NCBI GenBank assembly: GCA_965203295.1
Contig: CBDBCZ010000018.1
Span: 736,001 to 800,000, forward strand
Direction of reading: 5' to 3'
Source of the DNA: Nitrospirales bacterium
GTDB lineage: Bacteria > Nitrospirota > Nitrospiria > Nitrospirales > UBA8639
Length of the DNA stretch: 64,000 nucleotides
Under the pieces are notes generated by a model. It did no database searches, had not been told where the DNA came from, and saw nothing but the letters and a program-made list of their open reading frames with translations. The translations under genes were made by a program, and so were the position numbers. This document shows positions 1 through 12,028 of the stretch, in pieces (positions within the stretch are counted from its first letter, which is position 1; each line of letters starts with the position of its first letter).

Positions 1-780
1 ATGTTGGAATGGAAATCCTGTTTCCTAGCTGATGCTGAAGGCTTGCACAAAGGTCAGTGTATGCACCAATACTCTTGTACCCTCCCCCCTCCCCCTCGCA
101 AATTTCCTGTAGCGATTGATAACACTGTCCACAGCTGCTATAAATTATGGCCAAGACACTGTGGCGACCATGGCCGCTACTGTTCCACTGCCACTGCATT
201 GTCATGGGAAGGCCAGGCATTGTTTCTGCACTGGTTACTACATGCACATGTACATGTATAGGTGAAGTCCATGTGATACCACAACCAAATTATGCATTAC
301 GTCATGCACTAGCGTGCACGATTAATTGCGTTCTTTTAGCTATTACGCATGCGTACAAGTGCAGTTGGCAGCTAAAACCTTGATTTTCTCGCTATTTTGC
401 CGGGGACTCAGAGGGGCTCAGCCGCACAAAAGGCTTACTTTTTGAAGGCAAAAATCATGGACCTAAAGATCGGGCTGAACTGCAAGAGTATATTGGTGAG
501 CCACTCGCCAGAAATACTGTAGATGCCTTCAATGATGGTAGAAAGTATTGACTGCTTATTTATAGCAGTCATTAGCTGGAATACCTCTCGAAAAAGTAAC
601 GCACAAACACACAGATCTTCTAAGTAAAATAGCTCGATATACCTACCGGTCATGTGACTAGTTGCCTCTTAGCACGTGATGCTGACGTACCTCCTCTGGT
701 ACGAAGGTCAGTGTGTGTATATCCTAGCCTTGTTCCCAGGCTCCAGTGCCCAGCATTTTTAGCATGTGGAGAAACACGGG

Positions 781-830
781 GCAGGGAGCCTGGTACATGT
801 ATACATGTAAACATGTACCAGGCTCCCTGC
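781..830. repeat. Perfect hairpin, 20-bp arms and 10-nt loop, next to a truncated TAGCCT-type foldback element starting ~724
   Basis: gcagggagcctggtacatgt (781-800) is the exact reverse complement of 811-830. Confidence 0.85.
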
Positions 831-867
831 AACATTTCATCGCACAAAGGTGTCTGTGTGTATGTGT

Positions 868-1083
868 ACATGTATGTCACACAATGTCGTGTACATGGTG
901 TAGGGTGGTTTTGCTAAATTAATTTCTGTGTAAGGTAAGAAGCAGACACTGTAGTCTGGCCTACCCATGAGAATGTTACAATGGCTTTATCAGCTGGAAT
1001 GTTTATGGTTGCCAAGACTACTACTTGTACAAAAAGTTGTGCTGTCATGTTGTGAGTCTGTAAGCTTAAGTTGTACATCATGT
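868..1083 (+). repeat. ~220-bp segment duplicated in direct orientation at ~2878-3098
   Basis: Shared blocks ctgtagtctggcct, gttacaatggct, ttatggttgccaagactact, tgttgtgagtctgtaag and tacatcatgta occur in the same order. Confidence 0.75.
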
Positions 1084-1800
1084 ATACTCCTATTATGCTC
1101 TAGCTTTATATGGTGCACCTCCAGCCCCACAATATAATAAACAGTAGGAAAGAGTTCCTTCACCAAACCAAACTCACTTTGCTTGAAGTAATTTCTTGCT
1201 CTCTCTCTCTCAACTACGCTTTGTACATGGCAACCATAAACATTCTTTGTTGGTTGTATGGGGACTATTTCGAATTTTAAAAGTATATCCCATGCTTGTG
1301 CCTGCTATTAAGGTAACACTATTGCGTATGTATTGTCATAGTAACTGTTTGTAATGGGAGGCTGAAATAGCCTTCCACATGTGCATGCATGTAGTGTGTG
1401 TATGTTGAAGTTGGAGTACAGAAATCAGTAACAGTGCGTGCAGCAGACGGGCGGCTAGGTGGAGCTAGTGGCAGCACCGAGACAATAAATAGATCAACGA
1501 TCGTGGAGGATCGTCAGGTTATTACAACATTTCAATAGTGATGTTGGCCAAACAGCTGTCTGCAGTTGCACTCATAAGCTTCCACCGTTTTACCCCCCAC
1601 TCTTAGTGGAAATATATGAGTAGCTTTCCCTGAATTGTCAGTCTACTGACTGTTAAGGCCTTCAGATTTCGAAGCAATTGTGTTATTAAACAATTTGCAT
1701 TCACTGCATTCACTATGAGCCTTAATTAAGAATGTTTTGACGATGATAATACTGTTTGATGATACATGTAATTATGGTCTGAAGCTGGTGAGTGCTACAC

Positions 1801-1841
1801 TGCACTGATGAGGCCCAAATAGGCCGAAACAGCTGCTTACA
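1801..1841 (+). ncRNA. Minimal type I hammerhead ribozyme motif (Penelope/retrozyme-like), cleavage triplet degenerate; second partial copy at ~1546-1571
   Basis: tgca-CTGATGA-ggcc-caaata-ggcc-GAAA-cagctg. The upstream copy ggccaaacagctgTCtgcag keeps the palindromic stem III, GTC and the stem I partner tgca. Confidence 0.65.
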
Positions 1842-1876
1842 GTCGTACTTGTTTTCAAGAGTACTAATTGGAAACT

Positions 1877-1914
<38 letters not shown>

Positions 1915-3274
1915 ATCGTACGTTCAACCGTCAAAAAATTTGCTTGGGTCGGCCGGGAAAATTTTGGGGGGCTCTGGCCATACGCATGCGCATTAAATGA
2001 TTTGCACGTGGTACTCGTATGAGTATGAAATTATAGGCAAGAGAGGCTTCGGAGGAGGCGAGAGCACGAGCGACGACGGAGAGCGGAGGAGACTGCCAAG
2101 CAAAGGGAGGCGAGATTAGGCCTGCGTAGACGCCGAGAGAGTGATAGAGCGCTAAGGCTACAACGTAAGTCATCTAGCTGCTCATTTTTGCGATTTGTAG
2201 CTACAGGCTGTCCGTTTCATGTGTATCCATAATGCCACAGAGACTCTCGAGGCAAAGTAGACAATTAAGGATAGAAACAGACCTGATCAACTACAGCAGA
2301 TGCCGCATTCTGGAGGGAGAGAATTGACATGGCCAGTTGTACACGTATATGTATGCAAGCAGCTCCTTATGTAGCTGTTCTGAGGTACACAAATTCTGTG
2401 CACACTTGAGATGAGTCGTGTTCAGAACCACTCCCTGGTCTGCACCTACATCCTGAGGTTATGCTGTAACCGAACTGTACTCTAATAGCAAGAACTAACC
2501 CTCTACTGGTGTGTAAGTTTCAGACTGCCACATGTCACTGGTTTGCCATGACGGCCCAATGAGCTTGAAGGCTTAGAGTCATGAGAAAGGAAGGAGCTAC
2601 TCAATTTCCAGTGAGAAGATCCATCGTACTTCATGCACTACAATGGTTACAGTTGCCCTGGAACAGAGACCATATACAGACAAACAGAAACTGAAATCAT
2701 GCATACACAGTTTTCTTTATTGTCATCACATTTTCTACTGCACGCTCTGGTGCTTCGCGAAGGCTCGCCCCATTATGCCATGCATATCACTAGTATGGCT
2801 ATAGTGATGGTTTTCACAAGTATATAGTGTGTTTACCATAGCCTTGTCCCTGCACAGCATTTTAGTATGGGTTCCCTTGTATGTCACATTATGTCACATA
2901 CGTAGTGTAAAGTGTGTGGATTTTTCTAAACCAAATTTCCGTATGACATACAGTGTATCATAAGTAGCAGAAACTGTAGTCTGGCCTTCCTGTGAAGATT
3001 GTTACAATGGCTGTGTCAGCTGGTTATGGTTGCCAAGACTACTGCTTGTACAAACTCTGTTGTGAGTCTGTAAGTATGTACAAGTTATACATCATGTAAG
3101 CTATAGGACAAGAACAGTTGTGATTTGTAATAAGTTTAAGTGGAACTACTCTATTATTCTGATCCCCTTGGAACGTACACTGAGCGAGCAAAAACCAGCC
3201 AGAAAACCCATAGTAACGTTCATGTTCAAGTTTTGCTCATCACCAGAAGCCTTCCCACTCAACTAAGCTACACT

Positions 3275-6200
3275 TTAAAATGAAGTAACAGTCCGACATG
3301 CCTGATTTCTCCTTCTCAGGAAAAGCATCTGTGTGTCTGAGAATCCTACTTTAACCATGCCCTTGACGTTGTGACATTTATACATTAACAGCTGCAATAT
3401 TGGCCCCACACGTCTGTGAAATCCACTATTTTTCCACGGCTATGAGATATAATTTGGGTGAAGAAGGCGTGGTTTTGAGGCTGCAGACTAAGACACGCAG
3501 TTTCAGGGCTTATGCTGTACTGTCTAATGCAGAGCACGTCTGTAGTGCTTCTAAAGTACCAGCGCTGATCTTGTACGTTTCATTGGCAACTAGTTCAGTG
3601 AATCCTACAACTTATCCAAGGCCTGAAAACATGGCTAACCTCTGTCTTGGGAGGGTGGTACGTCTTCTTCAGTTTCAGCATTAGCAGTTGTTGGGTCTGT
3701 GAAAAACGATATTGTAATAGCATACTTTTACATATTTCTTGCTGAAGCTATTTTTGCAGGGCAGCCACAGGATAAAACAAAAACAGCCCAAAGCATAGTA
3801 TCCTGCTATAGGTAACTATAGTCATCAGTATTTAAATAAAAGTCAAAATCTCTCCTGCGTTTGTTGCACAAAGACTGTACATGGCTGACCTTGGTCTGGG
3901 GAGGGCGTCACTGCTTGTGTGGGCGTACCCTCAGTGGCGGTTGGCTCTGTGGTAAGAGATGAAATTCAATGATAGTACAGCAAGAAGTATTCCTTCAATG
4001 AGCACTGAACAACAGCAAACAAGCAATGTGTGGCAATACATGTCAAGGTCATGCCTGGCTAGTAAAAACATTGCTGCTAAGAAAAGTCGGCTTCATTGCG
4101 TACGTAACCACCATTTCATAGGGTAATTTGGTAGGGTGAAGAATTCACAGTGAAAGCATGGCCAACCTTGGTTTGGGGAGGGAGCTTTCATCGACTTTGC
4201 CTCATCACCTGCCGAGTCTGTAATAAGAAATAACCAACACTTATGAGAATGTTTGAAACCTTGACATTTGCAAAGTAACTTAGCAGAGTAACAATATAAC
4301 TAAGGCAAAATGTCCACAGCACATACGTATGCAGGAACTCACATACGTATGCAGGAAATCTCATGTCTTAGTGAATATTCTGCAACTTAGAAACTGACCT
4401 TGGTCTGCATGGGAAGGGGTCACGGCTGTTGGGTCTACGAAAGGAGAACAAGAAGACCACAGTATATATATATGTCAAGAGAGATTGGGTATTAAATCAA
4501 ACTTTGAATGCAGTAAAACTGTGTAATATACACACAAAATTATATCGAATACCAGATCAGTTATTATATTTTACCATTTTCCGGCATGTAGAACAGAGCT
4601 GTCTCTGTATCGGGCTCAAAAGACACCAGAATGCCACGAAAGCTGTGATAGAGCTGCGCATTGTGCCGTATCTTAGCCATTAGAGCAGTGATGATGGGTC
4701 TAACCCTGTCGATCTCTGTAAAGCCAGCGTAAATGTGGGCACGCTGTTTGACATCATTACCGATGATGTGGTCAGCATACAATTTGTCTGCAATCCTGGC
4801 AGCTAGCGGTACGTTAGCCAGGCTCTCCATAATTTCGGCTGATTTCTTGGAGAACACCGTGTATTCCCAAGACGTTTCTTCTGGAGAAGATAACTGTAGG
4901 TCAGAAGACAAAGGCTTATAGCAACATTATAGGACTAATTTGCTAATTGAATGAAAAATTAGACAAATAAGTATGGTTCAACATGGATAAATAATTACTG
5001 TCATAGTGAGAAAATAGCCTGGAATGAAAAAGTGAAGACAATTCATAATCTGGATTTACCTCATCTGGCAGTGTTGTCACTACATTTTGCAGTAGCTCGT
5101 GCTTCAGGTGAGCTGTGTACATCTGCAGCTGTGCCTTCTGCTGCTCATCCTCCGCCTTGCTCAGCCTGCTCCTCAGCTCTGACATCTCTGCTGTCAGCCT
5201 CTGCAGCTGCTCTTGGGCCGCGTGAGTAGACTGGGTGAGCAGCTTTTGTAGAAGGTCATCCTTTGCCTGAAGTTGAGCCGATAAGCCCTTCACTTCCCCA
5301 CTCGTATGAGCTACGGATTCTTTTAGGGCATTCATCTCTTTGTTTTTCTCCTCCACCTCCTGTTTAGCGACCTTCAGCTGATGCTAAATACACAGAACAA
5401 GGAAGGTGAAAATGATCCAGCAATGCATCAAAATGGATACATTGTGGAGATATGATTTGGATTCTCCTTCTATACAAACCACAAACTGGCTGCACAATGA
5501 AACTGATGTTGGACTGCTGGGTTGGAGTCAAAATTCTTGAAGTCTCCCTTGAAGAATGTCAGAGTCGAAACATCGATGTGCTTGTTTGTGGTTGGTAGAA
5601 AGAGAACGTTATAGCAGAGAATCTACCGAGATATTCTCCGAAGTATTGTGGGAAAGCAATAATCTACATCCTAGTACACTGTACCTCTATTTCTTGATGG
5701 TGTTGTGATTTTGAGGCAGCGGTTGCTAGCATTAGCAGCTGGCCTGCTTTCAATCTCTCAATTTCCAACTGGGTCTCCAGTTTCCGTTGCTCCCTCTCCA
5801 GACCCTGTACTCTGGCCGACTTGTCAACAAGCTCTCCGCTCGCCTGCTGAAACTGCTCCTGAAAATAGCGGGCCTTTTCTTCTTCCAATGTCAGCTCGTT
5901 CTGGACGGCTTTCAGCTCTTGTTGAAGAACCTGAAATTCCTCATTTTTGCGTTTAATGAGGGCCTGGAGCTCTTTGTTTTCCTTTTCCTGCACTTTCTGC
6001 AAGACGTTCAACTCTTGCTCTTTTAGCTGCAGCTGCCTGTGATTGCTGGTCACCTTCTCGGTCAGCATCGCCACGTTCGTTTTGGCTTCTAACCGTTTCT
6101 CCTCGGCTTCATTAAGCCTACCTCGGGCGGTATCTCTGGCATCCTGCGCTTCACTGAGAGCCTGTTTCTTGAGGGCTACTGCTGCGTCATTTGACCCGAT

Positions 6201-8269
6201 GTCATTCTGTATCTCTTCCGCTCGATGGTACAGGTGCTTTTGAATGGGCTTATGCTCCTGTTGGAGTAAATGGACAAGTGTTTGAGTTACTATGCACAAA
6301 CGACGCATGCAGGTTGCTATCTTGACTCATGAATGATCAAATTACCTCGTCAAATTTGGGATTCGGCTCTCTTTCCCTTGAACGTGGTGTTGGGTCACAC
6401 ACATCTGCAGGAATGGATGAGAGAGAGACAAGCACAGCAAAATCTCAGTAATGGAACACATGATTGTGTTATATACTAAACTATGATTCAGACGGAACAA
6501 TGAAGTCGTGCATAGTCATGTATATTTTTTGGCACATGCAGGATGTTTCTAACACCAATGAAAGTGCATATGATTCTGCAAAGTAAATAGCTAACTCGAA
6601 GCTTCACTATATTCGTTACTTATCACCATTAAAACCCTTAATCTAAAAGGTGCAGATGTACTGTTCTTAAATTCGACTGTTTCCTTCTCCCAAGGTTGCA
6701 AAGGCCTGGTTTTGGTGAAGTCCTGACTGACCTCGGTCCGGGGAGGGAGTCCCATCATCTGGCATGGTTTTAGTTTCATCAACTGTTGAGTCTGTGGTGA
6801 GGGAAAATCAGCACAGCGTTGTCATGTTAATACTCTTCCAGTAATTATAATACAATGTGATTATTCTCACTAAGAACACAAATAATTATAGTCTTGTTTC
6901 AGTAAATGTGAAGTGCTCAAAGATGGATGAGTTACATTCCAAAGGTATTCCCACTGGTGTATATATAACAGCTTCGAAAGTACACCCACAACAATCTCAT
7001 GACCTATGATGCTAACTGCAAGTCTCACTATAGAACACATTCAACAACTGCAATGCTGACTCAGGATTGTGGCTAACCTTGGTCTGGGGAGGGGGTCACG
7101 GCTTCGATGGATCTAATCTTGGAGTCATTGGCTGTTGAGTCTGTAATAAGAGTGCAGCAGGATTATACCATGTCATACAAAGACACTCTGTGTGGACACT
7201 GTATATATACACAGACACTATACTTAGTGGCTGTTTTACTCTTGCTTATAGTGCTTAGCTGTACATCACTTCAGTGAACGTTACAGCCCGAGGCATTTGT
7301 TAGAACAATGAAACAGTATTTCACTTACCATCCATCCTGTATGCTCTGAAGAGGTCGGCAAATTTGAAGACTTTGCTCTCCTCCCACTGCATTAGGCAGG
7401 TGGAAAGGTTCTCAGGCGTCACTAGTGCCAGGCCTGCGTTCTTCTTGTTGGGATCTGGGGTTAGCAGGAACACTTTGGGGTGCACCGTCACCAGCGGGTA
7501 AGCAGTACTGGAATGTGAGGGTGCTGGTTGCTCTGCGAAATGAGCTGAGATTCTTGATGCCAGTTCATCTTGCACCTTTTCAGCCGAGCGAACGAACTTC
7601 TTCATTCCTTCAAGAGTCAAGTGCTTGAGCTCGAAGACTGGTACATCGTCACACCAGTTGTTTGTCACCGATAATCCGTACTTTTTCACCACAGTACTCA
7701 CATCCTTGAACAGAGCATCAAAGGTGATGTGGAGGTCGGGGCACTTGGAATCACTGAGGGTAAGCATTCCCTTGGAGCTGCCAATCGTAGCAGGCTGTCC
7801 GCTCATAGTGAGGGGTACTCGCAACAAGAAGAACGCATTGGTGAAGGAGGTGAATCGTTTTAGCTGGGTTAAATTCACTGGGAAAGCGTCTTCTCTGTAG
7901 CTAAGAGTGAGAACGAGCATAGAGTATTTTAAGCCGTACAGAAACTGTGAAGGAATGCTATAGTGATGGTTCTTACCTAATTGACTGATTAGCAAGAAAA
8001 CTTATCAGAATGCCATTGCAAGTATAATTAAGGGGTATATATTAAGGACAGGGCTTGATGCTGGAATCCTCTTGTTGTAGATATTTGAAACCTTGACTGC
8101 ACCCGCTGGCTCAATGACATACTGCTAATGTAGCTACGTGGATTTGGTTAGTTCAAACGCTAGCTAAACACGCAGTGAGGTCTTTAGATTAGCTAGCTAC
8201 AACTTACAATATTGAGACTGGGGTTAGTCCATGCTTCCTTTTTTGCCAGTTAATCATAGAGGCCAACAT
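3275..8269 (-). CDS. Multi-exon gene (~760 aa): unknown N-terminal domain, Pro/Ser/Thr/acidic linker micro-exons, long coiled coil, CARD-like death-fold domain, micro-exon tail
   Basis: Phase-compatible GT-AG exons: 8208-8269 (tentative), 7329-7894, 7078-7140, 6732-6791, 6346-6404, 5685-6257, 5060-5383, 4575-4893, 4399-4434, 4167-4217, 3890-3946, 3640-3696, 3275-3336 (tentative). Exons 5060-6257 are E/Q/K/L-rich. Exon 4575-4893 (IADKLYADHII...RVRPIITALMAKIRHNAQLYHSFRGIL) resembles CARD-type helices. Confidence 0.7.
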
Positions 8270-9257
8270 GGCTGGCAGATGGAGAAGGTAGATGCAAGGT
8301 CAGGAATCCTTCAAGCCGTGAAGAGTCAGATGACACGAAAAACAATTGACCTGTAATACGCATATAATGCAGTGAAGCACTTGTCATGGAAGCGCTTCCT
8401 CTCCCCAATATCCAAGCAAGCTATTAATTGTGCTACAGCTACTCGACACCATTATTATCTGTTGTAGACTACATGCACAACATGTATAGCTACACACTGT
8501 ACACACGTACAAATACATACACAACCACTAAAATTTTATGCACCAACTCATTCTCTTAGACAAGTCTAGCTGCCAGCAGATAGCATGCACAGTTATCACC
8601 AGTCAGTTTCCAGGAGCTGGTCTGGAGAACAATACAATGTACAATGTCTGGAGAACGGTAACTTCAGTACACTCAACATTCACTCAACAGGCAGTGTTCT
8701 AGCACTCACTCAGTAGCGAGCTAGGTGTTCTAACTCAGTATGGTAGGCAGAGCTATAAAATGCTCTATTAAACTCCCTCAGTTAGCAGTAGGCAGTGCTC
8801 TACTCTCCCTCAGTTAGCAGTGCCAGTGGGGTAACACTAACTGGCAGTACTGTGGAATATAATACTACACAGTTGCAATTTAATTATGTGCTCAACACTG
8901 TCTGCATTTTGATTGGACAGTTACCTGTTGCCATGGAGTGGTGTGCATCACATGTTCCTAGGGAATATTTGTGACACTCATAACATTACCCACAGTGCTT
9001 TATTCATGGCAAGGGTTTTGTATGTGGAGGAGTAGTGACCCTTTTGACCCTTACCACACATTAGCAGGGCATCCCCCCACACATATCCCAGCAGCTGTCC
9101 ATTGCAGCTCAAATTACTGATTGCATACCTTTAGCAATAATGCATGTCTACAACTGTAGTTTAGTAGGAAAAGGTCAAGGTTCTGTCTGCAGTTACTAGT
9201 TACTGAAAGAGAAAAAAAAACTGGAAAGAACTTCAAGGGTATAGCTACATCAGTGAG

Positions 9258-9388
9258 CCTTGCACCGGGCGACTATGGTGGCCCCGCACCGGGCTGGAGT
9301 GGTCCCGCACCGGGCCGGGGTGGCCTTGCACCGGGCCGGGGTGGCCCCGCACCGGGCCGGGGTGGCCCCGCACCGGGCCAGGGTGGCA
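9258..9388 (+). repeat. GC-rich 21-bp minisatellite, ~6 copies
   Basis: Unit approximately gcaccgggccggggtggcccc. Confidence 0.9.
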
Positions 9389-9786
9389 TTATATTATTAT
9401 AATCAGGAGCCCATGAGCGCCGCGAAGGAGCGTCAAACTAGCAGTAGAAACTATTTTCAAACTGTAGCGCTGAAACTTCCATATATGGATCTTAAGCCGC
9501 TGTACGTGTTGGAGCCTGTCAATCCAAACTTTGCGGTTACGCGTTACGTCACCTAAGAGAGTGTTACGTCTGAGAATTATTACTAGTGGGCAATAAATCG
9601 ATGCATGCATTTGAGTCGAGTTGCGTGTTCGATGGATAGTACAGCGTATTTCAGTTGCGTTCGAATTTCCGTACCAAACGGAACTTACGGAACCCAGAGC
9701 AAAACTGCGCGCAATGTAGCGTTACGCCCACTGGGAGGAGCCTGCCTACTCGTGCTTCTGCAAAGCTCAGATATTTTAAGCTGGTT

Positions 9787-10931
9787 ATGGCTGACGAGGC
9801 CTCTGGAACTGACGACCAGTGGGAAGGCGAAAGCGGTGACGATGGAAACTTCCACGGCTCATTTGGGCGGCCATATCGGTACAACTATGAATATGGCGAG
9901 TACAGTGAACGGCCTTACGGATTTGTGTCGCCACCATTCCCCCCGCCTTATCCTGTTTGTGAGTCGTCTAGTGCCGTGTATACTCCCCCCCGCTTCTTTC
10001 CTGGAACTCAAGCCCAGTCTGACGCGAGTTCCTATGAAGTCGAGGTAAATCTGTACATAATGTAGCTATATGTATAGCTCCTGCATGCAAGGGTGGCACT
10101 AATTGGGACAGCAATAAATGGTGTTTCTTTTGTTTGCAGTGCACTTCACAGAATAAAACTAGGGTGAGTTTGATCCAGAAGCAGGTTTTCAACTACAAGG
10201 TGAAAGTTATAAACCCAAAAAAGAAGTCTCTCTACGAAATTAGGCCTCTAAAGAAAAACGTTCAATTTGACTCGCTGAATAATTTAAGGAGGTGCGTCAA
10301 GGAAGAAGCTGGACTTTTTAAAGGAGCTTTAGGCTATATTGAGCCAGGACACGGAGTAAAAGGGAAAACAAGGGAGCTGAATGACGATGAAGACCTTGTC
10401 GAAATGTATGTGTTGCATAAGAGAAAGCGTGATGTACTGCTATGGTGCTATGGGGAAGTTACCAGTGAGGGCTCCTCTAGCTCTGCTACCAATGAATCTC
10501 ATAAGCGCCCGGCTACAGGTACTCCTCCACCTAGTAAGCGAGAGTGTATAGCAAAGACTATAAGTAATGTAGAAACCATTGTTGAAAATTTGAAGGGGAA
10601 ACAAGGTGAGAATGGGTACCCAGTCGAGCAGTTTAACTGTTGGGCTCACATGATCAACTCTGGGAAGTGGTCTTCATATGATGCACCACCTGAGCTTCCA
10701 TTTTTTAAGAAGTCCAAAGGCAAAGAGAAACCCAAAGAAAACCCAAGTAATACGAGCTCCTCTGGTGCTTCAGGATCTGCTGCAGGTTCCCCAACGAAGC
10801 GCTTAAATTTGCGAATGCAGTGCATTGATCAATTGAGCAAATGGCATGTACTGTTGGAGTCTGGAGCCATTACTCAGTCTCAGTATGAAGAGCTGAAAAG
10901 TACAATCTTGGATGATATCAAGCACATGTAA
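9787..10931 (+). CDS. Transposon-borne accessory gene (~349 aa, 2 exons): acidic/Pro/Tyr-rich N-terminus, PB1/ubiquitin-like domain, C-terminal SHOCT-like helical motif
   Basis: Exon 1 9787-10044 (GAG|gtaaat) and exon 2 10140-10931 (tttgcag|TGC), phase 0, no stops. YKVKVINP...LGYIEPGHG...LNDDEDLVEMY...VLLWC resembles PB1. DQLSKWHVLLESGAITQSQYEELKSTIL resembles SHOCT. Domain names are by-eye inferences. Confidence 0.75.
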
Positions 10932-11037
10932 TTATGATATTGCATGATATAATATAATTATACATGTATACATGCATGCATGTAATACAATATCCAAAGC
11001 TGGATTGAACAGATTTGTACTTGTCTTGTTTGTCTTG

Positions 11038-12028
11038 TTATAGTGGATAACCTGAGTCTGTAATCCATGCATTACATTGATCTTCTGTGATGGAATTAAA
11101 TGCAGCTTGTACTACTGTAGACAGAGGAGCTCCAGATTGCAACAATTGATCATGCTTTTTCAAGTACCCTTTGACATAGCTGAAAGCTTCTTCTGCTGGA
11201 TTAAAATCAGGGCTGTACGGAGGAAGGAATAGCACCAAAATACCAGCTTGCTGTAGTAGATCACGAACTTCAGCAATATGATGCACAGAGCAGTTGTCCA
11301 TTATGACAATTGAGTGAGCGTTAGTGCCATTGTACGTCATCATATTTGGAATCAGTGTTCCCCGAAGGAAATCAAAGAATTCTAGGCCATGCACTAACTG
11401 TTCCGATCACTAGATCTACAGCGAGAAGTCCACTCGATGTCAGTGCTGCTATAGCATTCACTCTCTTCCCTCTGACTAGTAAGTGATGTGATGCTGGAGT
11501 CATACCTCTGAGAGCGTAACCGAATCTACGAATATGATCTCTAGCGTCTGATCCGGTTTCGTCAATCCACACAAACATGTCCCTTCTAAACAAGGTGCAG
11601 TGTGCCATGTATGCACCACGAAGAGGATAACACCTCTGTGATGCTATTTGTCTGACTCGCTTTCTGGTGAAACCATAACGTTTGAAGAGTCTACAGATAG
11701 TTGGTGGAGAAACTGTCAAGGAAGTGATTTCTTTCACTTCCTGAACGACTTCATCCAAGTAAAGAGTTGGGCTCTCCAAGATTAAACCAATTATTATCAG
11801 CTCTGAGTGCTCATCTAGTGCTCTTAACTCTGGTCTGCAGCTTCTCTGCACAGCCCGCACATCTCCACTGGATGCAAATTTCTGGAACAGGCGATGGGCA
11901 GTACTGGTGGCTATGCTTAAATTCTTAGCAATCTTGTAGAACGGTAACGCCATACCTATCCTTTGATACACTACTCTCCACCTTACGTCGACTGAGTACG
12001 CTTTCTTTCTTGCCGGTTCCGCAGACAT
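11038..12028 (-). pseudogene. DD34E IS630/Tc1-like transposase with one frameshift
   Basis: N-terminal HTH (AYSVDVRWRVV...IAKNLSIATSTAHR), then WIDETG, IMDNCSVH and LPPYSPDFNPAE, with 34 residues between the second D and E. The two ORFs join as GTVSGLEFFDFL if 4 bp (11389-11392) are removed, giving ~328 aa. Confidence 0.9.

Noticed and set aside
435..653. 72-aa minus-strand ORF as the last exon of the CARD-like gene
   Set aside because: No recognisable domain, and a closer in-phase terminal exon exists at 3275-3336
9260..9556. ORF with HRAGVAP repeats
   Set aside because: Translation of a 21-bp minisatellite; non-ATG start and no splice support
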